From the IMG/VR virus record IMGVR_UViG_3300005253_000031, positions 1 through 64,000 of that record: a DNA stretch of 64,000 bases; one strand, 5' to 3'. Position numbers and translations under genes: made by a program. Under the pieces are notes generated by a model. That model made no database searches. It was not told where the DNA came from and was given only the letters and a program-made list of their open reading frames with translations. Shown one piece after another: positions 1 through 8,579 of the stretch. Source of the DNA: a virus. Position 1 is the stretch's first letter. Each line of letters opens with the position of its first letter.

Positions 1-804
1 CATCAACTGATCGACGAACTCCCGCACGTCGTCGGGCCCAAAACCTACTTGAATTACTGCTGCATCATCCAACAGTTTCAAGCTGGTCCGGCCCGTAGTG
101 CGGCCATGCTTTTCACAAATGGCCCCAATCTCAGGCTCTTCGATGTCTGTTAGCGGAGATAATGAGCTACCTCCAACGGTTGTTCGCGAAAACCATGAAC
201 GTTTGGTAGGAATAGCCAACGCTGCATCAACTAAATTGCCCTTGGCGACAATGGGAACGAACTCATCTAGAACCCCACATTCATAAACCTCACTAAGTTC
301 AACACCAATCCCCTCTCGTACATCCAGGGGTCCGGGCTGATAGATCTTATCTCCGGGGATACCCTGATTGACGTTGGCCAGCACATGGTTGTTCGACAGA
401 ATCCGAGGCTCCCCGTCCTTCAAAACTATGCGTCCCATTGACCCCGCGGTAATATCTTTATGGCCAATGGAACACCCTACCATCAAACTGGACAGACGGC
501 CCGTTCCAGGCCCTGGAGGCGGAGATGTTAAGGCATTTACCTCTCCGATGGCGACCACATCCGTTTCGATCCCACCTATCTTGGCAGGTATCTGTTCGGC
601 CCGAGATAGCAAACTCAATGCCTTCTTTTCAGCGACGTAAATTCTAATTACGCCTCTATGATGTGGAAAGTTCAGTATAGTTTGAAAAAATTGGGTTTCC
701 CCACCTTTAATTCGGGGACGTAGCTTGCGAGAGTACCCAATTATCGTCTTGCGCTTGTCGCATTCCCTTTCAACTTGTTCAAATGAAAACCGGCGAAAAT
801 TCAT
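1..804 (-). CDS. Trypsin-like (S1/NAL1-like) serine protease, 3' end outside window
   Basis: Not in the ORF track. Manual translation from ATG 804 (AGGAGG SD 6 nt upstream): MNFRRFSF...IRIYVAEKK...IGGIETDVV...CSIGHKDITAGSMG...LSNNHVLAN...QPGPLD...VDAALA...KHGRTTG. Catalytic His and Asp motifs are visible; the Ser motif would lie beyond the window. Confidence 0.8.
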   Translation of the reverse strand, partial: MNFRRFSFEQVERECDKRKTIIGYSRKLRPRIKGGETQFFQTILNFPHHRGVIRIYVAEKKALSLLSRAEQIPAKIGGIETDVVAIGEVNALTSPPPGPGTGRLSSLMVGCSIGHKDITAGSMGRIVLKDGEPRILSNNHVLANVNQGIPGDKIYQPGPLDVREGIGVELSEVYECGVLDEFVPIVAKGNLVDAALAIPTKRSWFSRTTVGGSSLSPLTDIEEPEIGAICEKHGRTTGRTSLKLLDDAAVIQVGFGPDDVREFVDQLM

Positions 805-806
805 TC

Positions 807-938
807 TTATCCTCCTGTACCTTTGGTCTTCGAACAGATCGTGCATCGATACATATTGTCTTTTGTTGGGCCGGCGAAAACCCTATTACCCTTGCCGTGT
901 AACCTGTCTTGACTCACGTGCGGGCAAGTACATTTCAT
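807..938 (-). CDS. Small Cys/His-rich (zinc-binding-like) protein, 43 aa
   Basis: Manual translation MKCTCPHVSQDRLHGKGNRVFAGPTKDNMYRCTICSKTKGTGG; fills the gap between flanking genes exactly. Confidence 0.6.
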   Translation of the reverse strand: MKCTCPHVSQDRLHGKGNRVFAGPTKDNMYRCTICSKTKGTGG

Positions 939-940
939 AA

Positions 941-1183
941 TCATACTGCGTGCTCCCCACTACAAGCACAAGGCCTGTACTCCAAGTTTACCAGCTTGTG
1001 GATTAGGGCGTTGTCGATTTCCTTAAGATCAGCTTTTTGTAGGGATACACCTAACAGGGACTCAATCCTAGCGGAGGCCTTGGATAGCGCCCATAGCATC
1101 AGTGCTATTTCGTGTATCAACTCCCATTGCTTCGCTTGTGGTGTCATGTTAACACGGTTACCGCACAGCGGGCCATTATCCAC
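941..1183 (-). CDS. Hypothetical protein
   Basis: ORF in co-oriented gene array. Confidence 0.45.
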   Translation of the reverse strand: MDNGPLCGNRVNMTPQAKQWELIHEIALMLWALSKASARIESLLGVSLQKADLKEIDNALIHKLVNLEYRPCACSGEHAV

Positions 1184-1234
1184 ACAAGCACTATCGCCGT
1201 ACCGGCAAGTAGAACCATCTTCTCAAGCTTCATG

Positions 1235-2440
1235 CTATACTCCCTTGTAATTAAGGATGGAGGTCAACTTTACGACGGGCTCGACCAGGTCCGCACTGTC
1301 TGCCATCACTTGCTCTATGTCCTTGTACGCCTCGGGATGCTCGTCTAGCAACTGTTTGGGCTTGTAGTCGTTCCAGGCTCGATCCCCCATCCATTCCCGC
1401 AGTGAGTCTATGTTGAACGCTCTCTTAGCTGCTCCTCGACTGTGTGTTCGACCTGCCCCGTGTGGACTAGAGTTGTAACTATCTGGATTGCCCAGCCCTC
1501 TAACTATGTACGTCGATGTGGCCATGCTCCCTGGGATTATACCCAACTCTCCCGAGTTCGCGCGTATAGCTCCCTTCCGGGTTATGTACAGCGTCTCATC
1601 AAAATGGCTCTCAATGCTGATAAAGTTGTGATGGCAGTTGATAGTCTCCTCGATACCTATGGGAACAGTAAACCTACCCAGCGCCACCATTGCGGAAGTC
1701 ATCATTATGGCCCTATTGGTGTAGGCGTACTCCTGTCCCCAGAATACCACCTTCATGTATTCCTGAAAGCTCTCTGTGCCGCTCACGAGATAGGACAGAT
1801 CCTTGTCCTCCAGCCCAATTCCCTTTTTCTGCATCTCAGCCTTAGCGATGTCAATGTATACAGTCGCCAACTTATTACCAATTCCCCGGGAGCCCGAGTG
1901 GATAACTATCCATACCCAACCATCTTCGTCCAAGCTAATTTCCAGGAAATGGTTGCCCGAGCCCAGCGTACCCAGTTGCAAACTAGCCCGTTCGTATGCC
2001 GATGCGTAGTCTCGGGAATCCGGAAACACAGAGAAAACGTTCTTTAAGGTTTTACTGTCGTTCATCCACGCTGCTGCTCTCACGTGGGGCTCTTCTCGTC
2101 GGCGTCCTACTCCGGACGGGACAGCCTCAGCTATAGCATTGTGCACAAATGACAAGTCCGGTGGTAAGTCCTCCCGCCTCAGGTCCGTACGGGTAGCTAT
2201 TACCCCACAGCCTATATCTACACCAACCGCAGCGGGAATGATGGCGTCCTTGGTTGCTATAACGGAGCCAACAGTTGCGCCCTTGCCGAGGTGAGCGTCG
2301 GGCATCAACGCCACGTCTCCCCAGACTACGGGGCAACGCGCCAGCATCTCAGCCTGTCGGGCCGTATTGTCATCGAGTATGCTTGCCCAGTTTTTCACTC
2401 CGGTTAACTCGGTGGTGTATGTCATGCTATGCTCCTCCAA
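1235..2440 (-). CDS. rtcB: RtcB RNA 3'-phosphate/5'-OH ligase
   Basis: Motifs MPDAH, VGVDIGCG, GTLGSGNHFLE, HSGSRG, CHHN, RKGA, PGSM, HGAGR, DEHPEAYK. Confidence 0.97.
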   Translation of the reverse strand: MEEHSMTYTTELTGVKNWASILDDNTARQAEMLARCPVVWGDVALMPDAHLGKGATVGSVIATKDAIIPAAVGVDIGCGVIATRTDLRREDLPPDLSFVHNAIAEAVPSGVGRRREEPHVRAAAWMNDSKTLKNVFSVFPDSRDYASAYERASLQLGTLGSGNHFLEISLDEDGWVWIVIHSGSRGIGNKLATVYIDIAKAEMQKKGIGLEDKDLSYLVSGTESFQEYMKVVFWGQEYAYTNRAIMMTSAMVALGRFTVPIGIEETINCHHNFISIESHFDETLYITRKGAIRANSGELGIIPGSMATSTYIVRGLGNPDSYNSSPHGAGRTHSRGAAKRAFNIDSLREWMGDRAWNDYKPKQLLDEHPEAYKDIEQVMADSADLVEPVVKLTSILNYKGV

Positions 2441-2684
2441 CAGGCTCGTGGAACCTTAAGAACACCGGCATTTCATCGTACCCCACTATATTCCTCAGAT
2501 TCCAAGATTGCGGCACACTGTTCAAGGCGTCCACTAATTCTTTGACTGTTGTTCTGCTTTCTATACGCAGTTGGCTAGAAGCCGACGTGCGTTCCGTGGG
2601 AGTAATCTCTACCATCTGTTTCTCCTTGTCTCCTAATTCATGCTCACAATAATCTCTACACAACAGGTCGCATTGCCCTTTCAT
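2427..2684 (-). CDS. Hypothetical protein
   Basis: ORF overlapping rtcB start. Confidence 0.5.
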   Translation of the reverse strand: MKGQCDLLCRDYCEHELGDKEKQMVEITPTERTSASSQLRIESRTTVKELVDALNSVPQSWNLRNIVGYDEMPVFLRFHEPVGGA

Positions 2685-2854
2685 TTCTTCTGTCCTTCTC
2701 TCTTACGACTATCCGTATGGCTCGTGGGAGGGTACGCACAAGAACTGCACATCCCAGCAAAGTCTGGGTCAGCACTATCTGGGCAAGACGGCCAGCACTG
2801 CGAACAGTTGCACCAATTTGGGCTCATCCTATAGCGTAGTAGTTCAATTTTCAT
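2681..2854 (-). CDS. Small Cys-rich protein, 57 aa
   Basis: Manual translation MKIELLRYRMSPNWCNCSQCWPSCPDSADPDFAGMCSSCAYPP...; AAAGGAG SD; ATGA overlap with next gene. Confidence 0.55.
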   Translation of the reverse strand: MKIELLRYRMSPNWCNCSQCWPSCPDSADPDFAGMCSSCAYPPTSHTDSRKREGQKK

Positions 2855-2874
2855 CGCATTACTCCTTTCATTTT

Positions 2875-2951
2875 TGGCCCCAGGGGCAGGACTCGAACCT
2901 GCGACCCCCCGCTTAACAGGCGGATGCTCTTACCAACTGAGCTACCCTAGG
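2875..2951 (-). tRNA. tRNA-Asn (GTT), CCA encoded
   Basis: CCTAGGG TA GCTC AGTTGGTAA GAGC A TCCGC CTGTTAA GCGGG ... GCAGG TTCGAGT CCTGC CCCTGGG G CCA. Confidence 0.93.
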
Positions 2952-2952
2952 G

Positions 2953-3029
2953 TGGTGCGCTCGGCAGGACTTGAACCTGCGACACCCTGGGTCGAAACCA
3001 GGTGCTCTAATCCACTGAGCTACGAACGC
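2953..3029 (-). tRNA. tRNA-Arg (TCG), CCA encoded
   Basis: Cloverleaf with CCTGG-TTTCGAC-CCAGG anticodon arm, GGTTCAAGTCC T-loop. Confidence 0.93.
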
Positions 3030-3030
3030 A

Positions 3031-3104
3031 TGGCAGAGGTAGGAGGAATCGAACCCCCGCTTCTGGGTTTGGAAGCCAGAGCCCTACCACTAGACGATAC
3101 CTCT
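3031..3104 (-). tRNA. tRNA-Trp (CCA), CCA encoded
   Basis: AGAGGTA/TACCTCT acceptor, G73, anticodon arm CTGGC-TTCCAAA-CCCAG (C31:C39 mismatch). Confidence 0.85.
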
Positions 3105-3109
3105 GTATT

Positions 3110-3120
3110 CATTATACCTC
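3110..3120 (-). promoter_or_regulatory. GGTATAATG-type promoter of the tRNA-Trp/Arg/Asn operon
   Basis: GAGGTATAATG ends about 5 nt upstream of tRNA-Trp; same motif recurs in the window. Confidence 0.65.
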
Positions 3121-3130
3121 ATCTCCATGT

Positions 3131-3352
3131 TTATTGGGCCTCCTCCAGTTCCCCGTAATGGTTGTTCATAACCAACATTGTGCGCTTGGTTATGGCCGAC
3201 TTATCTATGAGGTGGAAGTCGTCCGTCCGGTCTCCGTTCTTATCCGCTTTCCAACCCGCCAGCCATCTATCCGAGTCCTTGGTAACCAGCAATATCAGTC
3301 TGCGTCGTCGCCCTGTATAATCCTTTGTGCTCACCCTCATATACGTTTTCAT
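3131..3352 (-). CDS. Hypothetical protein (early-type)
   Basis: ORF with SD, downstream of the promoter in the 105-bp repeat. Confidence 0.6.
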   Translation of the reverse strand: MKTYMRVSTKDYTGRRRRLILLVTKDSDRWLAGWKADKNGDRTDDFHLIDKSAITKRTMLVMNNHYGELEEAQ

Positions 3353-3390
3353 TAGTTGTATCCCTTTTCATGTACTTTCCCTACATTTAG

Positions 3391-3495
3391 ATATTATCAC
3401 ACATCTCGGGATTTGTACATCTTTAAAGGTGCCAGGTAAACTATATGTTCAGTAACCTTAGGTTTACTATTCTCTTCGAACGTCTTTGACAGCTT
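3391..3495. repeat. 105-bp direct repeat copy 1, containing a minus-strand sigma70-like promoter (TGTACA-N17-TAATAT, extended TG)
   Basis: Identical to 18297-18401 except for 2 substitutions. Confidence 0.95.
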
Positions 3496-3617
3496 GCTCA
3501 GCTCCCATCCCACGAACAGTAGGAAGACCGCTATATGCTCTCGTCGTAGTAGCCTTCTTGCCAGCTTTCAATAACATGCATCCATACATGTTGGGCTCTT
3601 CCTCGTCCATAAGTCCT

Positions 3618-3756
3618 TGGTGGAGGCGGTGGGAGTTGAACCCACGTTAGTTAGCAAGTACAAAATGGACTTGAACCACTTGTGCAACTGGTATGGTGGC
3701 CAGACACGCCCGCTTTTGGCTACCCGACTGTACGCTAACTCTTCCCCGACGCCCCC
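3618..3756 (-). ncRNA. 139-nt tRNA-like RNA with Ala identity (G3:U70, A73, CCA) and a nested second T-arm module
   Basis: GGGGGCG/CGCCTCC-A-CCA acceptor; GTGGG-TTCAACT-CCCAC T-arm; AGTTAGC-GTACA/TGTAC-TT-GCTAACT helix; inner AGTGG-TTCAAGT-CCATT T-arm; own GGTATAATGTA promoter. Confidence 0.8.
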
Positions 3757-3763
3757 ACGTAAC

Positions 3764-3776
3764 TACATTATACCCC
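3764..3776 (-). promoter_or_regulatory. GGTATAATGTA promoter upstream of the 139-nt RNA
   Basis: GGGGTATAATGTAG; one of six exact 11-mer copies. Confidence 0.7.
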
Positions 3777-3787
3777 GGGGACTCGAG

Positions 3788-4099
3788 TTAACAACCCTCC
3801 TTCTGAAACCTCTTCCAGGCCCACTTCACATGCTTGGTGTAGACCGATTTGTCGTAATATCCATCGTACTCCCATATATCGTCACGGTATATACGTTTCA
3901 TCATCCTGTTACTGCCGTTCTTCAACGTAATAATACATAGCTTGGCGTCGAAATTCACAGTAAATACGGCGGTCCACATAGGTGGAAGCCTGTCCTTGAT
4001 ATACTCGTACTCCTTACGCACGTCCCTGATTGTGTCGGGCTCATATAAGCCTACCTGGAGCCGCTTATCCTTCTGGATCTTGGTCTCTTTGGTCATCAC
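3788..4099 (-). CDS. Hypothetical protein
   Basis: ORF coupled (GTGA overlap) to the nucleotidyltransferase. Confidence 0.6.
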   Translation of the reverse strand: MMTKETKIQKDKRLQVGLYEPDTIRDVRKEYEYIKDRLPPMWTAVFTVNFDAKLCIITLKNGSNRMMKRIYRDDIWEYDGYYDKSVYTKHVKWAWKRFQKEGC

Positions 4100-4785
4100 C
4101 AGTTCTCCTTTCGTACTTTCAATAGGAACTCGTTGACCTTCTCTACGTCGGGCTCCTGTAGTCGCTCAAACGCCTCTGCCCTCTCGTAGGCCTCGTCCAA
4201 CTCTTCTCGTAGCGCCTCCGCCAGATCAACCACTGCTCCTCGAGTGTATTTACCGTCCCGTACGTTTTGCAGGTCCTCGAGCCATTCGTCGGGCACCACT
4301 ATAGACATTGTACCTGTTTCAATCAACTCGATGCCCTGTAGCAGGGTTCGTATGTACGCCACCGCATACTTCCAAGCGCGGCCATCCTTGTCATCTAGGA
4401 ACTTCTTGCGCTGGTTTAAGCTGTAGCCCACGAAGGCATTGCGAACCCCCTCCGTGCTCCACACGCTATCAAACAGGTCTCTAAGTTCATCGCCGATCTC
4501 GTTACTACCCTTCAACGGAGCTACAAACATCTCCAGAATGTTGGCATTAGATTTGGTCGCTAAATGCAAAAAATGGCCCAGCTCGTAGGAGGTATTGTCT
4601 TCGTTCTTACCCTCTACCCACGCTGAGGCCTTGTATTTACCGGTTCCTAAGGATAGCAGTTCACTTGTCGGTGTTACATACACTGCCCTATAGTCGTAAT
4701 CACTGTCTTCACGAGATAGTCCATTGGCTCGGCTACCCACCAGGACCTTAAGGATTTCGATACGCTCGCTCATAACACGCTCCAT
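4096..4785 (-). CDS. Pol-beta superfamily nucleotidyltransferase (RlaP/T4 NrdC.11-like)
   Basis: GSRANGLSREDSDYDYRAVYV (GS..DxD motif), YELGHF..LATKSNANILE, C-terminal EPD..KVNEFLLKVR. Confidence 0.85.
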   Translation of the reverse strand: MERVMSERIEILKVLVGSRANGLSREDSDYDYRAVYVTPTSELLSLGTGKYKASAWVEGKNEDNTSYELGHFLHLATKSNANILEMFVAPLKGSNEIGDELRDLFDSVWSTEGVRNAFVGYSLNQRKKFLDDKDGRAWKYAVAYIRTLLQGIELIETGTMSIVVPDEWLEDLQNVRDGKYTRGAVVDLAEALREELDEAYERAEAFERLQEPDVEKVNEFLLKVRKENW

Positions 4786-6110
4786 TCATACGTTACGTGA
4801 ATCGGTAGCGCTGGCACCAAACAGACCCACACGTTCACATTCTGCCAACTGCCGGTCGCCTTATCGCCGCGCTTCCAAAACGCCCCCACCCAAAGGTCCT
4901 GCGGTTTGAACTCAAGTCCTATGCTCAACATCTTCTTCGGGTACGGCCACCTGCTGCCAATCGGTATGTGTATCATTCACCGCTCCCCGTGACGTTCCTG
5001 GGCCCAGGCAAACCGTGTCGCATGACCGGCGTATGGAAGCTTATGCCGAAACCCCAGTCTTCGGCCACCTTTATACAGCCATCGAACGAGGGACTTCCGC
5101 CGCCGACGAAGTGCTCCCCCGACACCCGTGCGCCATTGTCGAACACCACGTCGCTACTGTACAGCTCCCACGAGTAATCGAACTCGCTGTTGCCGCGCCT
5201 GATCTTGAGCAAGTGCTCGTCAGTTTTAAACTCGCACTCGGTATTTGGCGTCTTCATCTCCATTGCTGCTCCTTATTCGCCTAACAGCGTCAGTATCTCG
5301 TCCAGCTCTCCCAACGTAACCATCTCTGCCGGAGACAGCGTAAACCTAATCATTGCAAGCTCCCGCACGTTCTCCTCGTCTATATCGCCGTGCTCATCGG
5401 CCAACTCATCTTTGACAAAGTCGTCCTTGTCCAGTATGAGATCCAATCTGAACCGAGCACCCCAAAAACCGTCATCTGATCCACCCCTGAACAGCGCGTC
5501 CTCCAAGCTCTCGCCCTCGTGAACCCTACCTACCTTGAACCCCGCGTCAACCTTCTTTGCTAGTTCTCTAATCATCTGTTTCTCCTTCGATAAACGTCTC
5601 GAACGTAACCGGCAATTCTATATGCACTGGTAGGTCATACTTATGTTCGTCGTTTTTATGGCCTTCGTCCAGCAAGCACCAAAATATCCCGCCGTCATAC
5701 TTCAGCCTGTACCTGCATTGATCCTTGTCCTGTATAGTAGCGAGTATCTGCTCGTTCACACCCGCAACCACCGCCTCGTCCTCCAGCCGCTTGATCTCAT
5801 TGACCAAGTCCTCTAACGTCTGATCCTCGTCGACGCCCTTTGCCTCATACACCTCATTGAATAACCTCGACATGCTGTGGCCCTCGCGCTCCTGCGTCAG
5901 CTCTACCATCAGGCGCTTGACTCGCTTCGTATCCAGCTGACGCCAATACTCCAACTGTTTTACTCGGTCCTCGGCCTTCGCCACCCTACGGCTGGTTCTG
6001 CGCCACAGGCCAACAGATGCTCGAGAACACTTCCATTCCTCTCCGTCGCCCAAGAAGCTAGGCATCTCGTGGCTTTTCGCTCTCTCTCCCTCCGATACAT
6101 GGCCTTCCAA
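4770..6110 (-). CDS. Four tandem hypothetical proteins (4770-4976, 4973-5263, 5273-5575, 5568-6110)
   Basis: Abutting or overlapping ORFs with SD sequences. Confidence 0.55.
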
Positions 6111-6153
6111 TACATTGCTTCCGGCATGCTACTCTGTGTCATTGTGTTCTCCT

Positions 6154-6375
6154 TTACGGCTCTATGACTCGTCTCACGCGTCTGACGGTACGTACTCGCT
6201 GTCCCGGACAATGATCTGGGTCGGGTTGATACCGTCGTATGGGCTCCGTATATGGTTGCGTCGTTGGATCCGCACGAACGGGCGTCTCTGTTGTCATGTT
6301 GCTCCACCTACTTGAATTCTCTTTGACAGATCTCAACTGCCTTAGAAACCAGCCCTTTTCAAACTCTACTGTCAT
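6154..6375 (-). CDS. Hypothetical protein with duplicated N-terminal EFEKGWFLRQLRSV module
   Basis: Start MTVEFEK after GGTG SD; shares 23-aa module with 6821-7729. Confidence 0.6.
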   Translation of the reverse strand: MTVEFEKGWFLRQLRSVKENSSRWSNMTTETPVRADPTTQPYTEPIRRYQPDPDHCPGQRVRTVRRVRRVIEP

Positions 6376-6383
6376 GGCATCAC

Positions 6384-6824
6384 CTACTTCTCTGCTTCCA
6401 GCCACTCGTAGACTGCCTTGGCGGCGGCTTCTAGGTAAGTAGCCTCTGTGGTAATGTCAATATCTGTTCCTAGTAAGTCACAACGCCGTCCTTCACCCGA
6501 CAAACTAGGATACAAATAAACTCCTTTACCCGTACATTCCAACAACACTTCGAGGTCACGGTTGACGGTGTAGCCTGGGCAGCCCACTGTCTCACATGTT
6601 TTCCAACAGTCACCATGTAAGATAGACATCTTAATGCCGTGAGTTTGTCGTGTATGCTTCCTTCGCAGCCCCTCAAACCGAGGGTCAAGCACACGGCCTG
6701 AACCTTCACAGGTTACGCATTTAGCTTCAGCACCGTGCTCATCATGAGAACTAGGACACCGATGTGTTGAAGCATCGGGGCACTCCACTGTCCTCGCGGC
6801 CAAGTTCGCAAGATAGTCTGTCAC
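6384..6824 (-). CDS. Cys-rich hypothetical protein (CxxCxGxG motif)
   Basis: ECPD...CVTCEGSG, CETVGCPG. Confidence 0.6.
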   Translation of the reverse strand: MTDYLANLAARTVECPDASTHRCPSSHDEHGAEAKCVTCEGSGRVLDPRFEGLRRKHTRQTHGIKMSILHGDCWKTCETVGCPGYTVNRDLEVLLECTGKGVYLYPSLSGEGRRCDLLGTDIDITTEATYLEAAAKAVYEWLEAEK

Positions 6825-7729
6825 GTCGTTGCCCCTTCCTGTATGCAGCCGTCTACGCAGCCCTCAGTTGTGCATTCGAGGGAATGCTTTGTTTGAGGAA
6901 TGCCGCCTCGTAAAATTTCTTTCCGTATGGCCCAGCATTCTATACAGAGCACCTCTTCTCCAAAGCATGGACACACCGTACCCGTCTCAAGTGGCTCGTT
7001 GGTGAATTCCGACTTCACATCCTCCGAGGATTGAACGTCACCACGCTGTCGTGCTTCCTGACCGGCCTTAACACCCGCTCGTAAGGCTTCCTCTGTCTCG
7101 TTGGTGAGGGCACGCTGAAATTTATGTTGTTCATAGCCATCGCCGTATGCTGGTGGCACGCTCTTCCCATAATGGTCACAGTTGCTCTCGTAATCCCTGC
7201 CACAAACTGAGCAGAGCCCCCCAAGAGGATGATAAGCAGAACACTCACACTCTATTTGGAAACATCGTTCCTTTGTCTCTGGGGCAGGTGCGGATGTGGA
7301 GGCGAGAGCTTTGTGTGCGGCACGGCAAGGCTCCTCATGTTCATCAACTTCCTCACCACTGTAAGTAGGGCACCAACAGAAGCCGTAGCCTGGATAGTCA
7401 CGCCACTGTCGAACGCCTTCCAGCGCCTCGCGTAGTGCTGTGACCTGCTGTTCAGTCTGTTCAAGCCATCGCTTCCAGTCCAAACGTTCTCGATTTACTT
7501 GCTCTAGCTCCCGTTCCACTGAAGTAAGGCTCTTTCGATTATGACTTGCCCACGTCAATATGTCTTTGTTTGCTTGCAGTAGTTGGGTTTGAAGGGCGAA
7601 CTTTTCCAATCGCAGGTAGTGTACTTGATTTCTTGATTCCTTCAGTCTAGTCGTGTCGTTACTCCATCTACTCGAATTCTCTTCAACAGATCTCAACTGC
7701 CTTAGAAACCAACCCTTTTCAAATTCCAT
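6821..7729 (-). CDS. Coiled-coil plus multiple Cys-cluster hypothetical protein
   Basis: GGAGG SD; N-terminal module shared with 6154-6375; several CxC/CxxC clusters. Confidence 0.65.
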   Translation of the reverse strand: MEFEKGWFLRQLRSVEENSSRWSNDTTRLKESRNQVHYLRLEKFALQTQLLQANKDILTWASHNRKSLTSVERELEQVNRERLDWKRWLEQTEQQVTALREALEGVRQWRDYPGYGFCWCPTYSGEEVDEHEEPCRAAHKALASTSAPAPETKERCFQIECECSAYHPLGGLCSVCGRDYESNCDHYGKSVPPAYGDGYEQHKFQRALTNETEEALRAGVKAGQEARQRGDVQSSEDVKSEFTNEPLETGTVCPCFGEEVLCIECWAIRKEILRGGIPQTKHSLECTTEGCVDGCIQEGATT

Positions 7730-7744
7730 TATATCCCTCCTTAA

Positions 7745-7978
7745 TCATACCGAAGGCGTATCCAGGAACTTTTCCAAACATTCAATGAGATATAAGACAT
7801 CATTTTCGTGAAGAGAGCCGTCGTTATGTCCAGCCCATGTCATCTCATATAGTCCAGCAGCTTGAACCTCCGGTGTATCTCGAAGAACGTAATTAGCCAT
7901 ATTTGGGTCAGGATAAGGCCAGTGGTCAGAAGCTAAATATTCCTTCGCCTGTTCAATGACTTGGCGTATATCAGTCAC
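7745..7978 (-). CDS. Hypothetical protein
   Basis: ORF in array. Confidence 0.55.
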   Translation of the reverse strand: MTDIRQVIEQAKEYLASDHWPYPDPNMANYVLRDTPEVQAAGLYEMTWAGHNDGSLHENDVLYLIECLEKFLDTPSV

Positions 7979-8430
7979 TATACCTCTCCTAGGCTTGTGT
8001 GGCCTCCGATACAGGCATGTCCTGTTCCCTTCTCACATTGACATTCCGACCCCATTAAAAGTGGGCGACCTACTCTTGCCTTCTTCTCGGGTAGAGCCCC
8101 AACAATGGGAGCATGGTTCAAGTACGAATGCTCCTCTAATGGCGCGGCGGCAGACCCATCCATTATCGGAAAGGCGTCTTCCTGCATTCTCCCTAGTTCG
8201 TTCACCATGATCTCGGTAGCCATCGCTGCTACCTGCATGGCCTCAGCGTATACCTTAGACGACTCCCCATCTTGCTTGATCTCGTCCCAAAGCTCGTCGA
8301 CTTCCTCCAGCATGATGGCGTAACCCTCGTGGCGTGAACCAAATGGTCCGTTCTTCACCAAGGCTCCAAGCAGTTCTCGCCGAACGTCCTCGAATGCCTG
8401 ATTCATGTTCTCTTGATACTGACTAGCCAT
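7978..8430 (-). CDS. MazG-like all-alpha NTP pyrophosphohydrolase family protein
   Basis: HEGYAIMLEEVDELWDEIK...AEAMQVAAMA (EExxE helix pattern). Confidence 0.6.
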   Translation of the reverse strand: MASQYQENMNQAFEDVRRELLGALVKNGPFGSRHEGYAIMLEEVDELWDEIKQDGESSKVYAEAMQVAAMATEIMVNELGRMQEDAFPIMDGSAAAPLEEHSYLNHAPIVGALPEKKARVGRPLLMGSECQCEKGTGHACIGGHTSLGEV

Positions 8431-8579
8431 TATCGTTCCTTTCTAGTTTCCAACGCGCTATACGAAGTTGGTACTCTGTCGTTTCCTCGTCAGTTAAATC
8501 GTCCATGCGGGTTTCCCAAACCCGTTTCCGAAACTGTTCTCCCGGCTTCCCCATATAGTAGGTATATCTGCGTCATGTT

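Noticed and set aside
3031-3104. tRNA-Gly(TCC) reading of the third tRNA
   Set aside because: The stem pairs only with CCA centred in the loop; A1:U72 and G73 fit Trp
3436-3452. LexA (GAAC-N4-GTTC) box in the repeat
   Set aside because: AAAC-N5-GTTC has the wrong spacing and a mismatched half-site
3618-3756. Canonical tmRNA (ssrA) or YrlA-type Y RNA
   Set aside because: Too short for tmRNA, with no terminated tag ORF or pseudoknots seen; the arm order is not permuted as in YrlA, it ends in a free CCA, and no Ro60 gene is in the window
6298-7726. Diversity-generating retroelement TR/VR pair
   Set aside because: Differences are synonymous rather than adenine-specific, and no reverse transcriptase is visible
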